Part shown: positions 26,353 through 39,073 of the stretch, piece by piece
Position numbering within the stretch: the first letter of the stretch is position 1
Layout: every line of letters starts with the position of its first letter
Origin: Penicillus capitatus
Lineage: Eukaryota > Plantae > Chlorophyta
Direction: 5' to 3'
Assembly (NCBI GenBank): GCA_965649825.1
Contig: OZ287700.1
Span: forward strand, 1,492,871-1,556,870
Length of the DNA stretch: 64,000 nucleotides
The notes under the pieces: generated by a model
What the model was told of the DNA's origin: nothing
What the model saw: the letters and a program-made list of their open reading frames with translations, nothing else
Database searches by the model: none
Program-made: the position numbers and the translations under genes

Positions 26353-29300
26353 TTAGAGGGTATATGCAGGGGAACCCCATCCCTCCCACGCCTTCATGTA
26401 TTCTGGATGCCATCCGGCACAATCTGCAGAGAGCAAAAGAGTGAAGGGAGTGTATGGTATACGATGTTGCACTTTTGAGCAAAGCGGGAGGTGTATAGAC
26501 CTTCGGATCGATGCTGGCCGGAGGAGCTAAATCTGCCATTTCCAGAGGGATGTAATTTAGGCTCGGTTCAAAGCGCCGATCACAGTATCTGCAAAAAGGC
26601 ATGCAAGGGATGGATGGACATGTCGTCGTCTGTGTATGCCTTACACGTAGAAGTTTCGAAGTACGATGGGGACTGTGATCCAGAGAATGGCTGCTTGCCA
26701 GAAAGCTTCTTTGGTGAGCAAGACACAGGATGTCACAAACTGAAAGAGCCATAGACTGAAGACAATGCGACGTACAATGAGAGGCCACATCCGACCACCC
26801 GATTCATATTTTCGGACAAAGATGTAGAGAATCTGATACCTAAATCAAGCTCCTTTATTTGTCATTCCACTGTGATGATGCATTTACCTCCATACGAGCC
26901 AAGAGGCTATAAAGTAGACGAGAGCTATTGGAACGATGATTGGCGAAATGACGGAGTATCCCAATGTGATCAAGAAAATCAGGAGCACGAGACCATACTC
27001 ACGACCATACCGTACTGAACGAGGGGCCCAGAGTCGTGCTCTGTCCCGCGCTGTCTTCGCAAATCCGCACCGTCCGCCAAACCTAAACAGCCAATGGACA
27101 AAAGCTGTGAGATGCCCTAGAGAGGTACCTGAAAATGTAGAACCAGATTCCGGGATGTGGCACCAGTAGCTGATAAGGCACCAAGAAAAAGGCTCTGAGG
27201 CAGACATAGTTTACAAAGAAATTCGAGGATGCAGGTAAAGCCAGGCCAATCCAATGCATGAGTTCTGCTGGATGTTTTACGGCAGAGTTGATCTTGTAGA
27301 GGACAGAGCCCCCGAGCATTCCACCAAGGAAGATGTTGAGGACATCCCAGAGAAAGAAAAGATGTGCAATGTAGCGCTCCAGTTGACTGAGAGATGCGCA
27401 GCTGGCGGAAGCTTGTACCAGATAGTACAGAGCATTTGGCATGATCATATTCTGCCACACAGATACCAGAATTGGCGGAATCCAACCTGTAATGAATTGT
27501 CGATGGCTGTTCTCTTCACAGTACCACTCAGAGTAGATATCTGCATCGGAGTCTTCGCAGAGAAACGTGTTTAAACTACACGAGTGCATGTCTGTATAGA
27601 GAGAAGGGTTGGATTGGGAGGGGCCTGCCTTGAGAGTGATCCAGCAAAGACACCAAGGGGAAAGGCAATCAGTAGAGACATCAGGGGCCACACCACTGCT
27701 GCTCGGATCTTCTTCTGCAGGGGCGTTTTCCATAGAGCTTGCCAATTGATCTCATCTGGGCCGGGTGCAGGTTCCACATGAAAGATATCGTGGCGTTCTG
27801 AGTGCAGCAGCGCTTGCGAGGCGATAGCAGCTGCCTTCTGCGTCCTAACGAACCATTGCCCTTACACATTGCCTCGAGAATGTCACGTCTTGCTTGAAGA
27901 TAATGAGCCACGAAGGAGTGTGCGGACCTTTTCTGATCTTCTCACGGAGACTATCGATTTCTCTCTCTAAACGCGAGAGACAATTATGATAATACTGTAT
28001 GGCATCCACAGGGGCACGATTGCCATACTGGTAGAAACAGAGGAAGCTCCACCATTTACTGAGCGACACAGAAATCGGTGTTGGGCAGATGGTATGTCTC
28101 AACAGTGCTGTACTTTCGCGAAATCTTGGTGCGGATTCCAGTCCGCGCATGGTAATCTTCTTGTCGTTCCAGCAGGCCCATTGTTGTATCCCATTTCGCA
28201 ACCAAGATATCGAGCTCCTTGCAGTTCCGAATGGGCAATGCTCGATCGAAATCATCCGGAAACAGATTTCGAAAGCTTTCGCTGACGATGTCTGCCTCGA
28301 TCGCCCTTTTGCTCATCTGACCAGATCGCACCTGTCCAGAAAGTCAATCATTCACTCAATGCTGTGTATAAGAGTGAAAAAACGCACCAGGCTTTGCACC
28401 TGTCTCCATGACGGGTCAGCGCGCCTTCCTAGCAGGGCTGCACGATTAGGCGATTGGGTCTCGCCGTTCTGAGATGTGTGTTGCGACGTTGGCCAGAATC
28501 GCATCTTGTTAACCTTCTTGCGGAAATGCGAAGCACACACAATATTCTCAAAAGATATCTCTCCAAAGAACCACTGGAAGGCCTTTGTCCACCAGTTATG
28601 GTCCACCTCTTTTGTTTCGCTGCAAATCACCAACCCAATCGACAGGATCTATGACAATGGACGACAGCAAACCCTCTGTGTTGTCTGTCAAAGTCAGGAA
28701 AGTTCGTCAAGAGCACACAATACTGCTGTGCATTGAGGGCAACTTCATTTCCCGATCTGAGATCTTTGGTGTTGACTGTCTTCAAGTATCGGACCGAAGG
28801 ACGGGGCAGCTGATATTCGGCGTTCGATTCGTTGGTGGCTAGAGATGAATAGACTTCTGTCCTGCAGTCTGTCAAATACCACCATTTCCAGATCCTCTTA
28901 CCTCAAGGCCACAACACCCTTATCCTCACCATCTGGAAAAGGTCATGCTGATCTCACTTTCTGCTCTCTCAGAAGAATAATTGCCAACGTGATTCTGCTG
29001 CTTGCGTCTTTCTCCTGGATGCACATCTGCGGAGAGCACTGTCGACAGCGCCAGAGGACGACAGCGTCTCTCTCGAGGTTCCTCTTCATCTTCCTGCGGG
29101 ACAGCAGGGCTGTATTGTGCCATACTATACCGTCTGTTATGATTACTGTGTGGATTCGATGATTATTAGAAGGTTGCTTCTCTTCCATTGTCTCCGCTTC
29201 TTCAATCTCTCCAAGGCTTTCATAAGGGGGCGGCGGTGTCTGGCAATCGATTGTGACTTCTGTATTACTATAATCTTCATTTTCATCTATTATGCCTTGC

Positions 29301-30628
29301 TGATAGAGGTCATCATCGTCCGGAATGGACCTGGACAAAGGAGATCTATGAACACGAGCTCTACTCGAGACAAGAACGACATACCGACAAGACCTTGATT
29401 CTCGGGCAGCTCTTGGAGTATCATCTAAGTGAGTAAAAACCTGTTCGGCTTCGTTTCTATTCAATGTTGCCAGACGAGACAGAATTCCGCGGCGAATTTC
29501 TTTCTGAGGGACGTCATCTTTGAACAGTTCTAGCACCACACATCACTCTTCTTGGCATCCAGTAGAGACAGATCATCTGCATAGACAACTTTCGACGAAT
29601 GACGTGAACATGGACGAGTGCATCAGTCGTTGGTTCGGTGCTGGAGATTGGGGAAATGTCTTGGTTCTCCACTGATTTGGATCCGAACCTGTCGCAACAG
29701 TCAAAGCCACTGGACACGAATGCCCACCCATACCTGAACTTAAGTACTCGTGCCGAAGCCGGACATATCTCCTTAGATGCCAATTCAGCAGCACCAGTGC
29801 GTAGACGATGAAAGCGTAAACACAGAAGAAATGTATCCTGTCACACTTTTGCATCAGACAAATGAAGGCATCGATTTGTGAGGGAGACCATAAACTGGGA
29901 GAACCGGGTTTGACATTGCTCGCCGTCAGCCGAACAAATTTCCCAACCGTTCTGTGGCTGTCATCTCCGTGCACGACGTTATCTGCATACTCTGTGCCGT
30001 CGTGGATCGGAATCACTACAATACCCATAGGCTTTCTCACTCAAACATGTCGTCTTTCTTTTGCACACATACGTACGGCACAACCGATAATGGCCAAAGG
30101 GAAGAACAACTGAATTCCGAGTCCAAATGTCTTGACCAGCATCAAGGCGTCCAATCCAGCCGAATCTAATAGATCTGCATCCGAAACAGTCATGGCCCTC
30201 CACATCCACATCCTACACCCGTGATGTTTCGAGATCAGTTTTCGAAAAGACTTCCTCGCCAGATCATGCTCCAATGCCATTTCGGAAGATCGGGAGGTTT
30301 ACGAGTGACGCGACGAAGGGACTAGAGAGACATGACGCTCCGAACGGCATTATCGCGGGCGGACCCGACGCACCAATCGCAGACGATAGAGTTTGGAGAC
30401 AGCGTTCAGGACACCGAAGACAACTAGACATGCGAATCCCAAACACGCACTGTAGCGCATGGAGCTCAGGAGTTCTCCATCCGTCACAGACGTTCTGTTC
30501 GCTTCTTGTGTAAAGTCAAGGGCATTCTGCATGCCTCGAGGCAGAAAGGAGAACTCCTCATGTAAGGACGGAATGCTCTCATCGCCGTATGTCGAAACAC
30601 TTCCTTCTGTCTCGCTACCTGACTTCAT
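26353..30628 (-). CDS. OSCA/CSC1/ERD4-family (TMEM63-like) mechanosensitive/osmosensitive channel with a long acidic insert
   Basis: AGLDALMLVK..LGIQLF, EPAPGPDEINWQAL, LPASSNFFVNYV, RYGREYGLVLLIFLITLGYSVISPII, YQILYIFVRKYESGGRMWP. Last exon ends ..WEGWGSPAYTL*. The start may be at 30670, 30628 or 30532. Confidence 0.93.
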
Positions 30629-30680
30629 CGATAAAGAAGGCGATTTGACAGAGAATAAAATCAACGTCATTCGTGTCCGT

Positions 30681-31290
30681 TCAATCGTCACATGTCGTGG
30701 ATGGACATCCCATAATGATCATGCGACAGAATCGCACTTCGGCACTGCCGACGAACTGAAAATCCATGATCTTGCGTGAGCGGATTTTCTGGCAACGCGT
30801 GAGGTAGATGCGTGTGATGACACTGCGGCAGATTCGTGCAGCGGGGATCAGGGCAGCATCGAGGGCCTGGAAAATCTCGTAGTAGTAAATGGGCAAGCCT
30901 GAAGAGAATGTCGACTCCGATTCCATCTCTTTCATGAGAATCTCGTTCAGATGATCGGGATCAAGCCATGACGGACATTGAACCTCGCAGAGACTGAGAC
31001 GGGCCAGATGCAGGGCCACAAAGAGTGGCGCCGATATCTCATCTCCCGCTGTCCGAGATTGAAACTGCACAGAATGGTCACACTTCTCCGACGTTCGCGC
31101 CCAATCTTGCAAAAACGCACTTGGAAGCCTTGGAGGTCGAGTTCAGGAAGGGACTCTTTCAAGACGATCTTGGTGCTGGTCAACATCGCCAGTGTTTTGG
31201 CATCACGAAAGGTAGCCACACTTGGGCATTGTTCCTAAAGAGTGACGTCACGCTTTGTCCGTAAGACGCGATGCTTACCTGGGGTGGCAT
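30681..31290 (-). CDS. divergent GINS subunit 2 (Psf2)-like protein
   Basis: Spliced model MPPQ|EQCPSVATFRDAK..KIVLKESLPELDL..|FQSRTAGDEISAPLFVALHLARLSLCEVQCPSWLDPDHL..ESTFSSGLPIYYYEI. This aligns by eye with Psf2 VPLWLA..L..CR..PPEWM..L..E..F..P..YY.E. Confidence 0.6.
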
Positions 31291-31454
31291 GTTGCTGTTG
31301 GTCTACCTGTCACATCGGTTCGTCGAGGATTTGTGATGATGATGCCATCTCATTACACGTTTCACGATCGCGCCGCCCTGACTTTGTTCACCTTCTCAGT
31401 TCTGGAACAAAGCAAAGAAGAGAACTGTGATCTTCTGTGACAACGTCATCCGAA

Positions 31455-32997
31455 ATGGAAAGCTCGACTTTTCACACGGAGGGCAAGAAGCATAACGTGG
31501 GAGTGGACATGGACGTAGAGGTCATAAAACTAAAACGACAGCAGAAACATCTGCTCACCGCTGTGGCCGCTCTTCTCCTCTTGAGTCTCTTCTGCGTCGC
31601 CATGGTCATCTGGCTCAGCGTGGAAGTGACCGAAGACAACGATGACGATGGCGGCACAGTTAGGGTTAACGACGGAAAGAGTGAGGTTCCTGCGACGGAT
31701 CGTGCATCAACACTGAACGTATGGGTTATCTCGCACTTCTCATGTGACGCCACAATGGGATCTTGGCGATCTAGGAAGATGCACGTGTGGTGACGTTGAC
31801 ATCGAGACCAGACTCTTCGTCCGAAGCGCGGCCTTTACTGGTCGGAACTGGGTACTGGACGGAGAAGGCGTCTCTGCCCTATGGCCGATCTGATCACCAC
31901 GTACGTCTCCTGACCGCGCAAAGCTGACAGGCGAAATGGAGTGTCCCAGGCGGTAGCTGTCGACGATTTCATCTATATTATCGGCGGCCAGAACACAACA
32001 GCAGTTGTGGTCGATGATGTCCAGACCACAACAGAAGCTGTGCTTGACGATGTTACGATTTATGATACTATCATGGATACCTATGCCAGTGGACCATCTT
32101 TGCCCTCTCCACTCCACAGATTTGGCTCAGCCTATGACACCGATCGTCAACAGATTTACGTTTTTGGAGGCATGAATGTGTCGGATGGACATGCCTTGGA
32201 TGCGGTTTATGTACTGGATATCGAATCTCAGAAATGGACAGAAGGTCCGAAGTTGCCGTTTCCACGTTCGGATCTCTGCGGAGCTTATGTTGATGGCCAT
32301 GTCTATGCCATCGGCGGTTACAGTTTGGATTATGAGGAGACGCTGGACACAACGGAAGCGCTGGACATCGCGTCTGGAGAATGGAAGGAGGTGGCAAGCA
32401 TGCCAACACACCGAGGCGATTGCAAAGCGGCACCGTTTGGCCGAGGAGTGATCGTGGTGGGAGGATATTACGATCCGACTGGAGCTTGGAACCATGAAGC
32501 CTTTAGAGATGAAGTCGAATTCTATTCTCCAGTGAGCGGCAACCAACAGATCCGATCACACACCTTGGTGAATTCTGTGTAGGGGGATGATGTCTGGGAG
32601 GAGAGAGCTCCGCTGAAAAACGCCCGTGGAGACAAGGCCATTGTCGTCCTTCCACGTGAACGTCTCCTCGTCGTCGGGGGCGAGACACATAATAGAGGTC
32701 GATCTTCTGGCAGAGATGTCGTTCTGTATGTGGTTGCTGTTCGCAGGGCTTCGCACAGGAGTTGCGACACATCATGTCGAAGAGTACAGTATGTCTGAAG
32801 ATGTCTGGATTGATCGAGCTCCGCTGCTCTCCGCCACTTTCAGAACAACGTGTGCCTATGCGGACGGAGTTGTCTATGTTTTTGGTGGCGACGTCACGTG
32901 TGCGTCCGATGACGCTGACGACCATTCTGAATGCGAGAAATCCGATACTCTGCAAGTCTACTTCGACACAGAACAGCCGAACGTATTCATTACTTGA
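31455..32997 (+). CDS. type-II membrane-anchored Kelch-repeat (beta-propeller) protein
   Basis: TM segment LLTAVAALLLLSLFCVAMVIWL near the N-terminus, followed by Kelch repeats (IYIIGG, IYVFGG..W..GPKLPFPR, VYAIGG..W..VASMPTHR, VIVVGG, LLVVGG, VYVFGG). Confidence 0.88.
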
Positions 32998-33301
32998 TGT
33001 ATGAAAGGAATTCGATTTGATGCACAATGTCTGCTGTTGGAGATTCATTCTTTGCGGAGAGTGGATCAAGGGAAACATTTATTGATCTTTTGTCCAACGT
33101 GCCATTTGTTTAGTTTTGATTCAGGAATCCGCACATCGTTATCTTATCGTTTTGAACTCAGAACTCATACGCAACCATTTGTTACATCTGCATCTGTTAA
33201 TGCCACGAGGCCCAGAGCCTTCCAGCCGGAAACACCGCACGGAAGATGAGGCGCGTTGCTTATGGGAGAACGTTTTCCACGGCGTCATCTCCAATACAGA
33301 A

Positions 33302-34097
33302 TCACGGGAACCGCATTTCTCTGGTGATGATTAAAGTGCACATCACAGAGCCTACTAAAAATATTGTCTCACAAAGGCGTTTATTCGATCCTTCGTTAGT
33401 GTGATCTGCTGGCATGCCGTCGAGCCTAACTCTACTTCGAAGATTGTAGCTATCGTGTTCATTGCTTCCACCACTGCCTGCAAAGATGGGTGCTTCTCCT
33501 CCCAAGGTGACCTCCATAATCATCATTAGAATCAAGAAATAAAAGAGGAACCTTACTTACCCTTGTTCCACTCGATAATGTGAAATCGGTTGTTCTTCGA
33601 ACGCAGTTTTGTGAAAAGGCTTTCTTCATAATCAAAAGCTCGGAGTCGACTTGGAACCGAAGAAACGACGTTCGGCCGCCATCGCATCCGCGACACAATC
33701 GAATGTCACCGCACCCGTTCCATATGATCTCCCACTACACAATCAAACAGGATACTAAGTTGAATGGAGTTTTTTACCTTGCATCTCTGTCGATGTGTAC
33801 ATTCTTCACTCGGCCGACCATTGAGAACATCTCTGCGATATCCTGTTCTGTGACTACTTCTTCAAGCTTTGCCAGCAAGCTAAAATTCTCACGGGGTATT
33901 AACCATCCCAAATAATTTTACAGTTTGTCGGCTCGAAGTGTGTAAGGTTGTTCAGGTTCAGGTTCAGGTTCAGCGCTACTGTCTTCATGTCGTTCTTCCA
34001 CGACTTCGTTGTCTGCAGGTGTGATCTCGAATGCTGTGCGACGAGTTCGACTCTCTTGGCTTCTTGCCACATGTCTACTCATGTCGGCCTGCGCCAT
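33302..34097 (-). CDS. RRM-domain protein (ALY/REF-like RRM); 3' end uncertain
   Basis: Not recovered by the ORF track. Spliced translation MAQADMSR..EPEPEPEQ..DKL|LLAKLEEVVTEQDIAEMFSMVGRVKNVHIDRDA|SGRSYGTGAVTFDCVADAMAAERRF resembles the ALY RRM. Confidence 0.65.
33951..33972 (+). repeat. (TTCAGG)n hexamer microsatellite encoding an EP repeat in the RRM gene
   Basis: ttcaggttcaggttcaggttca is seen directly. Confidence 0.85.
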
Positions 34098-34518
34098 AGT
34101 GCACGCTCGGATGAAATACCGTACACGGTAAGATGACGACGGTCCTTTCGAAGTAAAGCTTTAGTCGGGAAATGGCATCGTAGGTGCTATTCCTAATCGA
34201 GCAAGAAAGACAAGACGATGCAGTACGAAAGCGAGAACGTCTTCAGACGATGGTCCTGTTGCCACGTGAATTGACTGGGATGCTCAGACAAACGTGCGCC
34301 GCGGCCGCGCACACGCGGAAAGACAGACGTAGGAGACAGACCTGAGTCAATGCAGAGACTACAGGATGTGCGTAGAGTCAGCTCCATATACGTCGTCTAG
34401 CTCGAATCTAAGGCCGAGGCGGCATTGACAGTTTCCGAGTCCGCAGGGGAGAGCATCATTTCCGAAACCACGGGACCCAGAACAGACGACTGGATCTCGT
34501 TCTGCACGCTCTCATTTC

Positions 34519-36013
34519 CTATACCCGCACAGACATTACTGCAATGCCAAGGGACCAAAGCGAAAACGTGCGCAGGTCTGGGCGACGGAGATCGTGTCGA
34601 TCTGTTCGGGCGGGAAGTAGCACTGGTAGGCGGAGAGAAATCCCCCGTCGGACGAAATCAACGTCAGCTGCGCAGCAATCTCCACGACCATCGAACGAGC
34701 GAAGGCGTTCCAGACGAACCTGGAGAGGATAGTGCACCTCGCGTTCCTTCAGGTCTCCTTGAACGATGACGTGCAGAAGGATGCCGCATCGACCAGGGTT
34801 GATCGCGCTTTCGACCCAGAGGTCCTGCTTCATCTGTGTGGAGAGAATCTGATGCTCCCGCGTGTGGTTTCCGCCGTACAGAGATCTCTGGGACTTGCCA
34901 GGGACGTAGTACGTCGCCCATGGATCGGTGGTTCCGATGACGGTGGCACGTGTCTTGCAGGGGCAGCCGATGTACACCACCTGCTCTTTGAGACTGTCAA
35001 ACACCTGTCGCAGGAAACATGGGAACTGCTCATCCGTCGGTTGGTCGCAGAATCGACCTTCTTGGCACCCCCAGGCCAGTTGTAGCTGTCTCCGGACACT
35101 TCGATGACAAGACTCTCGCGCTCACTCTGTCGAGCGTAGCGGTCACACTTCATTTGCATCATGCAGCACTTCAACTGCACAGAACACTGAGTCGCGCGCC
35201 GTTGGAACGGCCATCTGACTTGCAGGACGGTATCGAGTGTCGGGAAACCGGGCGGGAACGGCAGCGAAGGACCTGATGCAATCGACGGTCGAAGTTCACG
35301 ACATGGTGCTCGACAGTGCAGAACCTTTCTGCCAGGGAGATGTCCTTTCGCGTACAGGCCGTGACCACAGGACTGTAGATCCGCAGGAGCACTTAACATC
35401 CTGGTAGTTGTTGGTCGTCGACGTGCAGTAGCTCTTCGCTTTGCTCTCTGCACGAAATTGCATGTTTCGCACGAGAATTGCTGCTGCGGAGCGCGACGGT
35501 GATTCGGGACGAAGTTGTGATTTAAGTCGTCGTCGATGAGGGCCTGATCCGGCCAGATCTCTTTCTGCACGCCCTTGAACCTGCCGATCGTCTTCGTGAT
35601 CCGATAGTAGTTGAAAGGACGGATCAGGAGCTTGTTCTCCTGGTCGTTCCACGCCCCCTCGATGTCGACGGAGAAGTCCAGCTTCGACCTGAAAGCCATA
35701 CGCGTCAGGGAACATGCAACAGAGACACTGTCGACGACAGGGTGTCCTTGTAGAGCTTCCTATAGCAGGACTCGTCGTCTGTGACTATGCACTGGAGCGT
35801 TTCCGGCAGAAAAGAAGCGTCCACGCCGGGGATGACGCACAGGAGGTAGTCCAATCGGCTCAAGGCTGGCTCCTTCTCCAGTTTAACTGAACAGCGCCAG
35901 GCATCTAGCGGGAACGACGTTGTTCCACGGGAAAAACGCGAAAGCGAACGGGAGTTCTGAGCGGTCGTCAAATTCGAAGGCCAGCAATCGCACCGCGTGA
36001 TGTGACGTGCCAT
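34519..36013 (-). CDS. hypothetical multi-exon protein, possibly plastid-targeted, head-to-head with DXR
   Basis: Codon-biased protein-like exons (LEKEPALSRLDYLLCVIPG..LYKDTL|SKLDFSVDIEGAWNDQENKLLIRPFNYYRITK..; FDSLKEQVVYIGCPCK..). S/R/T-rich N-terminus from ATG 36013. Downstream exon structure is unresolved. Confidence 0.6.
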
Positions 36014-36037
36014 TCGCTGATCGCGGAGCGAGTCATC

Positions 36038-37523
36038 ATGCTTTCGTGTGGTCCGTCTTCGAAGACGACGTTCGCGAGGACGTCCTCCACCAGGACGAGT
36101 CTCTCCGCACGCGCCAACAGCACTCGACGCTGTGCGGCTCTCCGAGCGACGTCGACAGCGGATGAACCCCCTGCTGCCTGGCCCAAGCGCGCCATCGTGC
36201 CCGAACACACGCCCAAACCGGAAGATCCGAAGGTGCATGCCCCGGAAGTCCAGTGGAATTTCACGGTGTGGCGATGTGACGTAGCCGATTTCTCTGCTCG
36301 GGTCGACGGGTTCGATCGGCACGCAGACGCTCGACATCTGCGCCGAGCATCCCGAGGAATTCACCGTCGTCGCGCTCAGTGCTGGTTCGAACGTCGAGTT
36401 GCTTGCCGAGCAGGTTCGACAGTTCAAACCGAAGCTCGTGGGACTGCAAGATGCTCGTCGAATCCCCGAGCTGAAGGAGCTCATTCGGGACGTGGATGCG
36501 CAGCCGGAGATTCTGGGAGGAGCAGAGGGCGCGATCGAAGCTGCACGGCATCCAGACATTGAGGCCGTGGTGACGGGCATCGTTGGATGTGCTGGACTCG
36601 GACCGACGGTGGCGGCCATCGAGGCGGGAAAGGACATCTGTCTGGCCAACAAAGAGACCCTGATCGCCGGTGGTCCGTACGTCCTGCCGCTGGCCGAAAA
36701 GTACGGCGTCAAGATCCTGCCGGCCGATTCGGAACACTCTGCCATCTTCCAGTGCATCCAGGGTGCGGTCACGCGCGAGCGGTCCGTCTGTGCTACGTGC
36801 GAGAGTGATGTGACAGGTCTGCCCGAGGGAGGAATGCGGAGAATCATCCTGACCGCCTCGGGCGGGGCGTTTCGCGACTGGCCCGTCGAGAGGTTGAGGG
36901 ACGCCAAGGTGGCAGACGCCCTGAAGCATCCCAACTGGAGCATGGGACGCAAGATCACGGTCGATTCGGCGACGCTGATGAACAAGGGTCTGGAAGTCAT
37001 CGAAGCGCACTACCTCTTCGGGGCAGACTACGACCACGTCGACGTGGTGATCCATCCCCAGAGCATCATCCACTCCATGGTGGAAACGGCCGATTCCTCA
37101 GTCATTGCCCAGCTTGGATGGCCGGACATGCGGTTGCCCATTCTGTACACCCTGTCCTGGCCGCGGAGGATCCTCACCTCCGAGGAGACCTGGCCTCGAT
37201 TGGACTTCATCAAGATGGGAGACCTGACATTCCGCGAACCGGATCGAAAGAAGTACCCTGCCCTGAACCTGGCCTACGCAGCAGGGAGGGCGGGGGGAAC
37301 CATGACGGGCGTCTTCAGTGCCGCGAACGAGAAGGCGGTGGAGTTGTTCCTGGACGAGAAGATCGGATACATGGACATCACGCGTCTGATCGAACAGACG
37401 TGCGCAGAGCACCAGAATGACTTGAAGCTGAAGCCGAACCTGCAAGACATCATAGACGCAGACCTGTGGGCGCGGGACTGCGTCGCTCGCCTTCACCAGA
37501 ACGAGCAGCAACTCACCGTCTGA
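36038..37523 (+). CDS. dxr: 1-deoxy-D-xylulose 5-phosphate reductoisomerase, plastid-targeted
   Basis: Transit peptide, [77 protein letters not shown]. Confidence 0.98.
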
Positions 37524-39073
37524 GACCAGGACCGATCGTCTCTTGCGGAGGTGTGGGTGATCTTCACGTTTCTTCACGACCGTATCGTTCAACGGTGTCC
37601 TTCTGAATGAACCTTTATGTTAATGAGCGGCGCCGACGACGACAACATCGTTTTGTCAAACATCAAACTTGCAAATGTGTCCGTCAACACTGCCAACAAT
37701 ATGTTCATTTGATAAGAAGATTCTTTGTTACCTCTTTCCACAGTACTCAATATCGACGAAACGGAAAGAATCCGCAAATCGAACGCATGCTGCAAACATG
37801 GGCGCTTTAAGGTAACAAAACAGCACAGACCGATCACTGTCGTGCGAACACAGGCGACAGCATTCTATCCGAAGGATGCATTTTCCTTGATTCATAGAAC
37901 AGTATTTGCAGTGTGTATAGACCGTCCGTCGTTTGACAGCTGTCTCTCAGACAATTGATGGACTACAGCTCTGATACAAGGAGTGTTCCCAATCGCACTT
38001 CATTGACAGAATCCTTGAAGTACAGACGGTGACAGAGATGCCCTTCATCGCCATCACATCCTTTTCGATGGCAGGACGCGACCCATTCTTGCTGCAGAGC
38101 AGTGCTCATGAGTGGCTTTTTGGACCATCATTTGTCTGTGAACCCGGTATTCGGCGCTTCGGATAAACTCTGCTGCGAAAGAAAGTGTAATAGAGATGCC
38201 GAATGCGTCTCGCGTTAGACGTAAAATCGGAGAGCCGCTACTCAGCACCAAGCATCTGACAGAGTCTCGCAGGCGATCTCTGAGTTGGATGCCTGACCGT
38301 CGTATTCGGGGCCTTTGGGCTTCATATTGCAATACGCCAAGCATTGTTTGGCGAATTCTCAAAAACACACTTCTGAAGCAACTCTTCGAGCTCCGTCTGC
38401 GCGTTCGTTGGTAAAACTCAAACGGCCGCAAACTGTTGTTGTTTGCGTATGAACAGGAGACAGAACGAGAGCTTTGTCTTTGGGTGGTGGGTTTCGGACT
38501 CGACTGCTTATGACTCGATAACCCACTTAAGCCAGAAAACAACGACGGCAGCGCAGCGACCTGACTTTCACATCTTCACTAGGCGATAGAGACAGGAGTC
38601 ATAGAAACGAAAAATCCTTTCTCAGAAAAATGCGGGTAGAATGTGCCGGTTTTGCAGACCAGCTATTCTGGACACTAAGTGAAATTTCCATGTCAAGCTT
38701 GACGACGTGTTCAGATTATCATTCTAACCGATCCTCGAACGCGTTCCTGGCAGCGCATGGAAATTCCTGCTCCCTTCAACAAAAGCGCGGTTTCTTATTC
38801 GACCATTCAGGATCGCGACAACTTGTGTTAACCTTCGGTGTGGTGAAACCAACAGGTAACATTCTCACTCACGTGTGTGTCCACGTGACGCAGCAGGTTT
38901 CAACGGTGAACTTCATGTTCTCTTTGCTTGTATTGCACTCAAGTTGGCGCCCGTTCAAATGAAAAGCATATGCCAGTGTCGAAACGATACCGTACGTATC
39001 ACTGGGTCTTGTACCAACTCCTATTGAAACAGAGCATTTTACAAGCACGTTGCGCCTTTCCCAGGACTTTCTG

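Noticed and set aside
35705-37000. 431-aa minus-strand ORF
   Set aside because: Mostly the antisense shadow of GC3-rich dxr. Only its last part (from 36013) is used for the neighbouring gene.
37589-38542. Possible minus-strand gene (ORF 38054-38542 and downstream fragments)
   Set aside because: No motif, and no consistent exon chain could be built.
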